DNA of 64,000 nt from Candidatus Krumholzibacteriia bacterium. GTDB taxonomy: Bacteria; Krumholzibacteriota; Krumholzibacteriia; LZORAL124-64-63. A model generated the notes under the pieces. It saw only the letters and a program-made list of their open reading frames with translations. It searched no databases and was not told the DNA's origin. The position numbers and the translations under genes were made by a program. The DNA lies in contig JAWOID010000071.1 of NCBI GenBank assembly GCA_046484865.1, positions 42,012 to 106,011 on the forward strand, in the 5' to 3' direction. This document shows, in pieces, positions 50,207 through 57,973 of the stretch (positions are counted from its first letter, which is position 1; each line of letters starts with the position of its first letter).

Positions 50207-51787
50207 TCACCAGCTCGGTACCGGGATCTCACCACGGAAGATGCCTGCCTGCTCGTGCTGGAATGGTTGGTTGAAGGCGAGCCGGAACACGGGGCTCTCG
50301 TCACTCACGCCCAGTTCCAGCCGCAGGGCGAAGCCGCCGCCCGGACCGATGGCCCGCAGCCCGAAGCCGCCGCTGTGCCGCAGGTGCGCCAGCGCGATCT
50401 CGTCCAGTCCATCGTAGATCTGCCCCACGTCGTAGAAGAGGTAGGCGTCCAGCCCCACGTCCGTGGGGGCAGCGATGGAGTAGACCGGCCAGCGGTACTC
50501 GAGATTGCCGCCCATGATCCCCTCGCCGGTGAAGCGAGAGCCCGGATACCCGCGCAGGAAGTCGGGCTCCCGAGACGAGACCAGCCGCTGGAACGGGACC
50601 GGTTCCGAACCCACGTTCGCGATCCGGGTGGTGAATACCCGGGCGGCGACAGTGCGCAGGGGATGCAGGACCATGAAGTACTGCTGCACGTCCACCCGCA
50701 GGGTCCAGAACTCGACGTCGTTCCCGTCGGTGTCCTGGAAGCGGTCGATGCCGGCGAAGCGCACGTTGCCGCCGCCGGGCCGGCCGGTCTCGAGGGTGGT
50801 GTCGTGCGTGAGCCACAGCGACAGGTTCCACCCTTTCGAACCGGCGCCGAAACCGGGCGGCAGGTTGCCGGCGTGGACGTCCTCGAGAGCCCCGCGGACA
50901 TCGTCCGTCATCTCGCTCGGCATGGCCCGGGCCATGCTGTACGCGGCGCGCAGACCGACCACGACCCCGTCCCCCACCAGGCGGCGGGTCTGCAACCCGC
51001 CCCACTCGACGGTGCGCAGGAAGTAGGACTTGCCGCTCCGCTGCGAGTCCCAGCCGAGCCCGTAGAACTCGGCCCCCTGGTTCTTGTCCTGCCCACCACC
51101 GAGTTCGAGGAACTGACGGGCGTCCAGCCGGATGCGCACGCCTGCGTTCAGATCTCGGGCCTGGCGCGTACTCAGCGATCCCGCCACGCGCAGGCGCCCG
51201 TCCCGCCCGAGGAAGTGCGGCCGGTAAAGCACCAGCCCACCTTCCCACCCGCGGGCCTCGCTGAGCGCGACGGTGGGCTGCACGTAGCTGTCGAACGGCC
51301 CCGGGACGCCGTCCACGAGCTGCCTGACCGCGTTGAACACGCCGGAGCGACCCGCTTCCACCGCCGTGCTCTTGACGAGCCAGTTCATGCCGCGCAGCGG
51401 CCAGCCGAGCACGTGGTACGGCACCCGGACGGCGCGCTCCCAGAGCGGTCGCGACGGATCCTGGAGGACCACCGGGCGAGTCTCCGGCCGTGCCGGCAAC
51501 GGTCCCCAGGCCGAGGGCCGCGAGCGCAGCGAGGAATCTGCCGCGCTCAGTGCGTGGCGATCCGGGCCGGGCTCGTTCAGAACCGGCGCGGGAGGATCCG
51601 GCTGCGCGGCCCGCCGCGCGAGGACTCCCTCGTCGGAGGCCGCCGCGACGGCCGGCATGGCGACCCCCGCCAGCTGTGGCAGGAGGACCACCATCAGCAG
51701 CAGAAACGTGGCGACGACGACATCCGTGACATCCGTCGGTTCTGGGCGTCGCGGCCGGACGCGGCGGAGGCGAGGAGTTCGAGGCAT
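50207..51787 (-). CDS. Omp85 (BamA/TamA)-family outer-membrane barrel protein without obvious POTRA domains
   Basis: Signal peptide; FYGLG, LRGYPGSRF, NLEYRWP, FYDVGQI and GFGLR; C-terminal extension beyond the barrel. Confidence 0.8.
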   Translation of the reverse strand: MPRTPRLRRVRPRRPEPTDVTDVVVATFLLLMVVLLPQLAGVAMPAVAAASDEGVLARRAAQPDPPAPVLNEPGPDRHALSAADSSLRSRPSAWGPLPARPETRPVVLQDPSRPLWERAVRVPYHVLGWPLRGMNWLVKSTAVEAGRSGVFNAVRQLVDGVPGPFDSYVQPTVALSEARGWEGGLVLYRPHFLGRDGRLRVAGSLSTRQARDLNAGVRIRLDARQFLELGGGQDKNQGAEFYGLGWDSQRSGKSYFLRTVEWGGLQTRRLVGDGVVVGLRAAYSMARAMPSEMTDDVRGALEDVHAGNLPPGFGAGSKGWNLSLWLTHDTTLETGRPGGGNVRFAGIDRFQDTDGNDVEFWTLRVDVQQYFMVLHPLRTVAARVFTTRIANVGSEPVPFQRLVSSREPDFLRGYPGSRFTGEGIMGGNLEYRWPVYSIAAPTDVGLDAYLFYDVGQIYDGLDEIALAHLRHSGGFGLRAIGPGGGFALRLELGVSDESPVFRLAFNQPFQHEQAGIFRGEIPVPSW

Positions 51788-51843
51788 TCGCTGCTGTCCT
51801 AAGGTTCTGGGGCATACGGCCTGGCCGCCGCAAGTTCCCGGCT

Positions 51844-52770
51844 TCAGGCCGTCACGGGGCTCACGAACCCGGCCGGCTTCACCGCGAGCACGGACGCGTC
51901 GATGTACTGCAGCACCGTCTCGGCGGTATTGCCGACGAGCAGGCCGGCGACACCGGTGCGGCTGACCGTCCCCATGACCACCACCTCGCTGTGCTGGTCA
52001 CCGGCCACCTGGGCGACGGCGAGTCCCGCGGCGCCGCCGGGAAGATGGATCCTGACCTTCAGGCCGTTCAGGTCGTGCTCGTCGAGTAGCGCCTGCAGGC
52101 GTTCCCGGGCCCGCTCGTGCGCCTCGGCATTCCACTGCTCCATCACGCGCCGAGGTACCCGCGCCGAGTGCGGCATCTTCTGCCAGGCGTGCACCACGTC
52201 CAGCTCGCCGTCGTACATCCGGGCCAGCGACGAGCCCATTTCCAGGATCCGCCGGTCCAGATCGTCGCCGGCAGGATCCTCATCCGGCGGATCCACGGCC
52301 GCGAGCACGCAGCAGCGCCGCCGGCTCCGGGAGGGATGCACCGCCCAGATGGGGCACGGGCACTTGCGAATGAGGTGACGGGTGGTGCTTCCGAACAGAT
52401 GCTGCTTCAGCCCGGAGTTCCCCTCCGTGGTCAGGAGCACCAGGTCGTGACCGTTGCGGATGACCTCCCGCGTCACGACCAGGAAGGGGTTGCCGGCGAG
52501 CACCCGCGTCTGCACCCGGACACCCTGCTCGCTCAGGGGCGTAGCCAGCTTCTCGAGAGCCGCGGCCCGGTCCTCGATCAGCAGCCGGCGCAGATCGATC
52601 TCTTCACCGCCCGCCCGCACCGCAGGCAGCGATTCCACCTCCTCCTCCAACACCTCGACCACGGTCAACATCGCCCCGTTGCGCCTGGCGAGGTCGGTGG
52701 CACGATCAAGGGCCTTCCGCCCGCGCGGCGTCCTGTCCTGCAGCAGCAGGATGTTGCGGAATCTCTGCAT
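51844..52770 (-). CDS. Tandem-domain universal stress protein (UspE-like)
   Basis: FGSTTRHLIRKCPCPIWAV and VVMGTVSRTG...GNTAETVL. Confidence 0.93.
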   Translation of the reverse strand: MQRFRNILLLQDRTPRGRKALDRATDLARRNGAMLTVVEVLEEEVESLPAVRAGGEEIDLRRLLIEDRAAALEKLATPLSEQGVRVQTRVLAGNPFLVVTREVIRNGHDLVLLTTEGNSGLKQHLFGSTTRHLIRKCPCPIWAVHPSRSRRRCCVLAAVDPPDEDPAGDDLDRRILEMGSSLARMYDGELDVVHAWQKMPHSARVPRRVMEQWNAEAHERARERLQALLDEHDLNGLKVRIHLPGGAAGLAVAQVAGDQHSEVVVMGTVSRTGVAGLLVGNTAETVLQYIDASVLAVKPAGFVSPVTA

Positions 52771-53027
52771 TTCGCGCTCCTGCCTCGCCGATCGCCGCCG
52801 CTCCGCTCCCGAGAGGACAACCGGCGCCATTGCATGAAATTGAGCGTGGCGACCCCGCCCGCGGGTAACGGCAAGATACGATCGATCGGGGATTCGACAA
52901 TCGCTTCCGATCCGTCGATGTTCAGGGAGCATCGGCCGCTGCAGCCCGCGTTGCCGGGGCCGCCCGCGCCGACGGCCGCCGTGTTCGTGAAGGCCGGTCC
53001 TGCGACAACATCTCGCACCCCACGCGC

Positions 53028-53063
53028 GACGGGCCCCCGCAGCCACTGTCGCGGGGGCCCGTC
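53028..53063 (-). terminator. 13-bp perfect stem-loop after the HMGS-thiolase-DUF35 genes
   Basis: GACGGGCCCCCGC-10 nt-GCGGGGGCCCGTC, 24 nt after the DUF35 stop; no U-tract on the minus strand. Confidence 0.6.
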
Positions 53064-53087
53064 TCTTCACACCCGGCGCCTCCGCCG

Positions 53088-53483
53088 TCAGGCCGGCAGC
53101 ACCCGCGCCTTGTAGCCGTACTGCAGCACCTCCCAGTCGCGGCCGGAGCGCAGCTTGCGGAACACCAGTTCCACCGGCGTGCCGATCTTCACCTCGTCCG
53201 GCGGCGCCTCGGCCACCATGCAGGTGAGCCGCACGCCGTTCTCCAGCTCCACGACGGCGTTCACGTACGGCTTCTGGTCCTCGAAGTCGGCCGGCGGGAT
53301 CCAGCAGATCGTGAACGTGACCACCTTGCCGCGGCTCGGCAGGGTCACCGTCTCGAACGCGTCGGCGCCGCAGGAACGGCACACCGCCCGCGGCGGGAAG
53401 TGGATCTGATCGCAGGCGGTGCACTTCCCCGCCTCGAGGCGGTAGCGCTGCGGTATCTCACGATGGTAACGCGGGGAGATCAT
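53088..53483 (-). CDS. DUF35 Zn-ribbon/OB-fold protein (thiolase-HMGS scaffold type)
   Basis: CTAC...[17 protein letters not shown] and YGYK; ATGA overlap with the thiolase. Confidence 0.92.
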   Translation of the reverse strand: MISPRYHREIPQRYRLEAGKCTACDQIHFPPRAVCRSCGADAFETVTLPSRGKVVTFTICWIPPADFEDQKPYVNAVVELENGVRLTCMVAEAPPDEVKIGTPVELVFRKLRSGRDWEVLQYGYKARVLPA

Positions 53484-54637
53484 CTCTCCACCTCCAGGAT
53501 GTGCACGGTACAGCTGCCGCCGCTGCCCCCCATGTTCTGCGCCAGGGCGCGACGGGCGTCCTTCACCTGCCGCTCTCCGGAACGGCCCACGAGCTGGTCG
53601 TAGATCTCCACCAGCTGCGCCACTCCGGTCGCGCCCACGGGATGCCCCTTGCTCTTGAGTCCGCCGGACGGGTTCACCGGCAGGCTGCCGCCCAGCGCGG
53701 TCTCGCCCTGCACCGTGGCCGTTCCCGCCTGGCCCGGCTCGTAGAAGCCCAGTTCCTCGAGCACGACCAGTTCCGCGATGGTGAAGCAGTCGTGCACCTC
53801 GCAGAAGTCGATGTCCCGCGGCCCGAGCCCGCACTGGTGGAACGCCTTCTGGGCCGCGCGGTGCACCACCGGGATGCGCGACAGATCCTTGCGGTCGTGC
53901 AGCGCGATGCTGTCGGTGGCGTGGCCGCTGGCCAGCACCCGCACGATCGGTTTCTTCAGCTCCCGCGCCAGCTCCACCGGGGCGAGCAGCACCGCCGCGC
54001 CGCCGTCGCTCACCGGCGAGCAGTCGAACAGCCCCAGCGGCTCCGCGACCCGCACCGCCTTGCGCACGGTGTCGAGGGAGATCTCCATGGGGAAGTGCGC
54101 CCGGGGGTTCTTGGCGCCGTGCCGGTGGTTCTTCACCGCCACGTGGGCCAGCATGTCGTAGGTGGTGCCGTGCCGGTGCATGTGCGCGTTGGCGATCATG
54201 GCGTACAGGCCCGGGAAGGTGACCCCGTGGTACACCTCGTACTCCTGGTCGGCGGCGGCGGCGAGGCAGAACGTGGCGTCGGCGCCGTCGTTCATCTTCT
54301 CCACGCCTCCGGCCAGCACCAGGTCGCTGGCACCGCTGGCAACCTCCAGGTACGCGGCGCGGAAAGCCGCGCCGCCCGATGCGCAGGCGCTCTCCACCCG
54401 CGTGGCGGCGATGCCCTTGAGGCCCGCGTAGTCGGTGAGGATGGAGGCGAGGTGCTCCTGCTGGTTGAACAGACCGCTGCTCATGCAACCGATCCAGGCC
54501 GACTGCACGCGGTCGCGACCCACTCCGGCGTCCTCGAGGCAGGCCTTGGTGGCCTGTGCGAAGAGATCCCGCAAGGGGGTCTCCCAAAGCTCGCCGAAGC
54601 GCGTCATGCCGGCTCCGATGATGCAGACTTCACGCAT
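53480..54637 (-). CDS. Archaeal-type (SCP2-like) acetoacetyl-CoA thiolase
   Basis: ESACASG (Cys), [29 protein letters not shown] and NMGGSG. Confidence 0.92.
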   Translation of the reverse strand: MREVCIIGAGMTRFGELWETPLRDLFAQATKACLEDAGVGRDRVQSAWIGCMSSGLFNQQEHLASILTDYAGLKGIAATRVESACASGGAAFRAAYLEVASGASDLVLAGGVEKMNDGADATFCLAAAADQEYEVYHGVTFPGLYAMIANAHMHRHGTTYDMLAHVAVKNHRHGAKNPRAHFPMEISLDTVRKAVRVAEPLGLFDCSPVSDGGAAVLLAPVELARELKKPIVRVLASGHATDSIALHDRKDLSRIPVVHRAAQKAFHQCGLGPRDIDFCEVHDCFTIAELVVLEELGFYEPGQAGTATVQGETALGGSLPVNPSGGLKSKGHPVGATGVAQLVEIYDQLVGRSGERQVKDARRALAQNMGGSGGSCTVHILEVER

Positions 54638-54650
54638 GGTTCCCCCCTTT

Positions 54651-55700
54651 CTAGAGTTCGTTGACCCTGATCTTGCCGCGGACGGCGGCGTACTTGCCGT
54701 AGTCGAGATAGATGCGCCGGTCGGCGAGCTGGTCGCGAACCTTCGGCGCCCTTCCCTGGATCGCGGGCAGCCGGTCGGTGCAGCGCAGGATGAAGCTGTC
54801 GCTGCCGGCGCCGCTGCCGAAGCTCGTCATCAGGATCAGGTCGTCGGGACGCGCCACGTCGAGGCACGCCGCCAGGCCCGTGGGCGACGAGCCGCTGTAG
54901 GTGTTCCCCATCAGGTTCACCACCCACCCCTGCTCCATCTGCTCCTGCGTGAACCCCAGCTCCTTGCCGGCCCGCAGGGGGAACTTGCCGTTGGGCATGT
55001 GGAAGATCGCATAGCGGATGTCCGCCGGCTTCAGGCCGCTCTTCTCCAGGATGCCGCGCGTGGCGCTCAGGACATGGTGGAAGTAGGCCGGCTCGCCGGT
55101 GAAACGGCCGGCGTGGCGCGGATAGAACTGGTGCTCGCGCCGCCAGAAGTCCGGCGTGTCGGAGGTGAAGGAGTGCGTGTGCAGCACCTCGGCCGCCACG
55201 TCCTCGCCGCCCATGATGTACGCGGCGCCGCCGGCGGAGGCGGTGTATTCCAGCGCGTCGCCGGGTGCGCCCTGGCTGGTGTCGGCACCGATGCCGAGCG
55301 CATACTTCATGTGCCCCGCCACGACGTGGCTGTACGCCACGAACATGGCCTCGGCGCCCGCCTTGCAGGCGAACTCGAAGTCGGCCACATGGCATTCCGG
55401 TCCGGCGCCGATGGCGTCGAGCACCACCGTGCCCGACGGCTTCACGGCGTAGGGATGGCTCTCCGAGCCGATGTAGAGCGCGCCGATCTCCTGCGGGTCG
55501 ATCCCCGCGCGGGCGATGGCGTGGCGCGCCGCCTGGACGCTGATGGTGATGGTGTCCTCGTCCGGTCCCGGTACGGTCTTCTCTTCCAGCAGCAGGCCGC
55601 GCTTGAACGCCTCGGCGTCCGCGCCCCACTGGTGAGCGATGGTGTCCGCCTTGATCCGGAAGCGCGGCACATAGGATCCGTAGCCGACGATCCCGTGCAT
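54651..55700 (-). CDS. Archaeal-type hydroxymethylglutaryl-CoA synthase
   Basis: [11 protein letters not shown] (Glu), EFACKAG (Cys), [26 protein letters not shown] (His), GNTYSGSS and SFGSGAGSD. Confidence 0.93.
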   Translation of the reverse strand: MHGIVGYGSYVPRFRIKADTIAHQWGADAEAFKRGLLLEEKTVPGPDEDTITISVQAARHAIARAGIDPQEIGALYIGSESHPYAVKPSGTVVLDAIGAGPECHVADFEFACKAGAEAMFVAYSHVVAGHMKYALGIGADTSQGAPGDALEYTASAGGAAYIMGGEDVAAEVLHTHSFTSDTPDFWRREHQFYPRHAGRFTGEPAYFHHVLSATRGILEKSGLKPADIRYAIFHMPNGKFPLRAGKELGFTQEQMEQGWVVNLMGNTYSGSSPTGLAACLDVARPDDLILMTSFGSGAGSDSFILRCTDRLPAIQGRAPKVRDQLADRRIYLDYGKYAAVRGKIRVNEL

Positions 55701-55748
55701 GGAGCCGCTCCTTGCCTGGGTGAACGGTGGTGGGTCACGAACCTGCCC

Positions 55749-55778
55749 ACAGTACCAGCAGAGACGCGGTCAGATCAA
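55749..55778 (-). promoter_or_regulatory. Putative promoter for the HMGS-thiolase-DUF35 genes
   Basis: Minus strand TTGATC-18 nt-TACTGT with an extended TGn element. Confidence 0.5.
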
Positions 55779-55823
55779 GCTCGCCCGTTGTCGCGGCGGC
55801 TCCGGCGCGCCGAAAGCGCTTCC

Positions 55824-57629
55824 TCAGGGGGCCGCCGGCCCGGCGGCCAGAGCCGCCGGCGCCTCCACCGGCATCTGGAGCAGCGCCTGGGCCAGCGTCT
55901 TGCCCTGGGGATCGATCAGCAGGCTGCGGGTGCCGCCGCCACCGAGGGTCTGCTCCAGCAGGAAGTTCAGCCCGAGCAGGTTGTCCAGCCGGTAGCGCAG
56001 CACGTCGCCCTTCACCTTCTCGCCAAAGAACTCCTTCACCCGACCCGGGGTCAGGTTCTCCACGAGCCAGTCGTAGGCGCCCTCGTTGCGGGCGAGGACA
56101 CCGATGTTGCACGTGTCGCCCTTGTCGCCCGAGCGGGCGTAGCAGAGGTCGCGCAGCAGCATGGTCTGCTTCCGGCCCCCCGGCAGCGGCTGCTGTTCGC
56201 GGCGGGGGCCAGGCTCGCGCCGCTGCGGCCGGGCCTGGACCCGGATCGGGAAGGTGATCTCCTGGAACTCCTCCTCGCCGCTCGTGGCCAGGGTGAGCAC
56301 CTTGGCGGTGACGCGGCTGCGGTGCAGCAGCGCGGGCCAGTACGCGATGATGGGCTGCGGCTTGGGACGGCCGCGGGTGGTCACGGCCATGCCGGCGGGG
56401 CCCGACAGGATGAGGGTGGCCAGGTTCTTGGCGAAGTCGCGGATCTTGCCCAGGTCGTGGTCGGCGACGCCGAAGCGCAGCAGCCCCTCGACGGTCTCGC
56501 AGCGGCGCAGCTGCGGCGGCCAGATCGAACCCGATCCCACCAGGGTGGTGATCGTCTCCTCGAACTCGTGGCGGAGCTTGCGCCAGAAGATGTCGGCGAT
56601 CACCTGCGCCTTCCGCTCGATGTCGGGGCCGCAGACCAGCACCTCGCCCTCCGCCTTCCAGCCGTCCTCGTAGGCCATGGAGACCTTCAGGAAGTCGGGC
56701 GCCGGGCCGCCCCTCACTCCGAAAACGCGCACCCGGTCGGGTCCATCGTGCTCCAGTTGCACGGTGTCGAAGTAGGCCACGCCGTCGGGCGAGATGTACT
56801 CGCCGGGGTCGCCCATCTCGTAGACCAGCTGCTCCTTCACCGTCTTCTCGCTCACGAGGCCGCCGGTGCGCCTGTGCTTGGTCACCACGAACTCGCCGCC
56901 GGCCTCCACCTCCACGATGGGATAGCCGATGTCGTGGAAGGTCTCCACCTCCTGCCAGTCGGAAAGGTTGCCGCCGGAGGCCTGGGCCCCGCACTCGAGG
57001 ATGTGACCGGCCACGATGCCGGCGGCCATCCGGTCCCAGTCGGCCATGTCCCAGCCGAACTCGTGGATCATGGGGGCGAGGGTGAGGCCGGTGTCGGTGA
57101 CGCGACCGGTCACCACGACCTGGCAACCCGCCTCCAGCGCCTTCACCACCGGCTCGGCGCCCAGGTAGATGTTGGCGGCCGAGATGCGGCTGCGGACCGG
57201 GAAGAAATCCTCCCCCGTCTCCATGTTGTTGAAGCGCTCGCCCGCGGCCGACAGCTCGTACAGCCGGTTCGAGATGTCGTCGCCGTACACCACCCCCACC
57301 TTCAGCTCCAGTCCCAGCCGCTGCGCCAGATCCTGGATCTTGCGGCCGAGGCCGATGGGATTGATGCCGCCGGCGTTGCTGATCACCCGGACGTTCTTGC
57401 GGACGATCAGCGGCAGGCACTCCTGCAGTTGCTCCAGGAAGTCCACCGCGTAGCCGAGATCCGGATCCTTCTTCTGCTGGCGCTTGAGGATGGACATCGT
57501 GATCTCGGCCAGGAAGTCCATGGTGATGTAATGGAGCTTGCCGCCGGTCAGTTGCCGCTCGAGAGCCGAAAGATCGTCGCCCCAGTAGCCGCTGGCGTTG
57601 CCGATACGGATGGTCTTCTTGCGGGCCAA
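55824..57629 (-). CDS. Acyclic terpene utilization AtuA-family (DUF1446) protein, full-length two-domain form
   Basis: IRIGNASGYWGD, DFLAEITM, YLGA, GRVTD, GHILECG, EQLVYE, ARSGDKGD and DPQGK; GGGAGG RBS plus TTG start. Confidence 0.92.
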   Translation of the reverse strand: MARKKTIRIGNASGYWGDDLSALERQLTGGKLHYITMDFLAEITMSILKRQQKKDPDLGYAVDFLEQLQECLPLIVRKNVRVISNAGGINPIGLGRKIQDLAQRLGLELKVGVVYGDDISNRLYELSAAGERFNNMETGEDFFPVRSRISAANIYLGAEPVVKALEAGCQVVVTGRVTDTGLTLAPMIHEFGWDMADWDRMAAGIVAGHILECGAQASGGNLSDWQEVETFHDIGYPIVEVEAGGEFVVTKHRRTGGLVSEKTVKEQLVYEMGDPGEYISPDGVAYFDTVQLEHDGPDRVRVFGVRGGPAPDFLKVSMAYEDGWKAEGEVLVCGPDIERKAQVIADIFWRKLRHEFEETITTLVGSGSIWPPQLRRCETVEGLLRFGVADHDLGKIRDFAKNLATLILSGPAGMAVTTRGRPKPQPIIAYWPALLHRSRVTAKVLTLATSGEEEFQEITFPIRVQARPQRREPGPRREQQPLPGGRKQTMLLRDLCYARSGDKGDTCNIGVLARNEGAYDWLVENLTPGRVKEFFGEKVKGDVLRYRLDNLLGLNFLLEQTLGGGGTRSLLIDPQGKTLAQALLQMPVEAPAALAAGPAAP

Positions 57630-57728
57630 GGCGGCCTCCCGGAACGTGTGGTGGAGCCGCGCCGGCCCTCGCCGGAAGGGTGGCGCGCGCAGCGCTGCCG
57701 GCCGGCATCCGGTCGCGACGGCTGCTCC

Positions 57729-57767
57729 CGACAGCTTTCGCGACAGCTTTCGCGACGGCTTTCGCGA
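57729..57767. repeat. 12-bp tandem repeat x3 in a divergent intergenic region
   Basis: CGACAGCTTTCG CGACAGCTTTCG CGACGGCTTTCG CGA. Confidence 0.9.
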
Positions 57768-57973
57768 AGTTCGTGCCGGCGGAGGCAGACTAGCGGCAAA
57801 CCGCGCCCGCAACAACCCTCGCGGGCAGGGTTTGCTTGCTCCTCGCGCCGCCGGCGCTACCATGAGATGGACTGCCGGAACGAGAGCTGGGGCCGGCGCG
57901 AGTGGGCGCGGACGCACCCGTCGGCACCCTCCGGAGCGTCGCGGGGCTTGCAATCCAGGAACGGGAGAGGACC

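Noticed and set aside
53088..54587. 499-aa ORF suggesting a thiolase-DUF35 fusion
   Set aside because: The upstream part is an alternative frame of the thiolase gene; DUF35 starts at 53483 through an ATGA overlap.
53088..55700. Interpretation as phlACB (DAPG biosynthesis)
   Set aside because: No type III PKS (phlD) nearby, and the HMGS-like protein retains the catalytic Glu, Cys and His with archaeal HMGS motifs.
57729..57767. Possible CRISPR array
   Set aside because: Units are 12 bp and contiguous, with no spacers and no cas genes.
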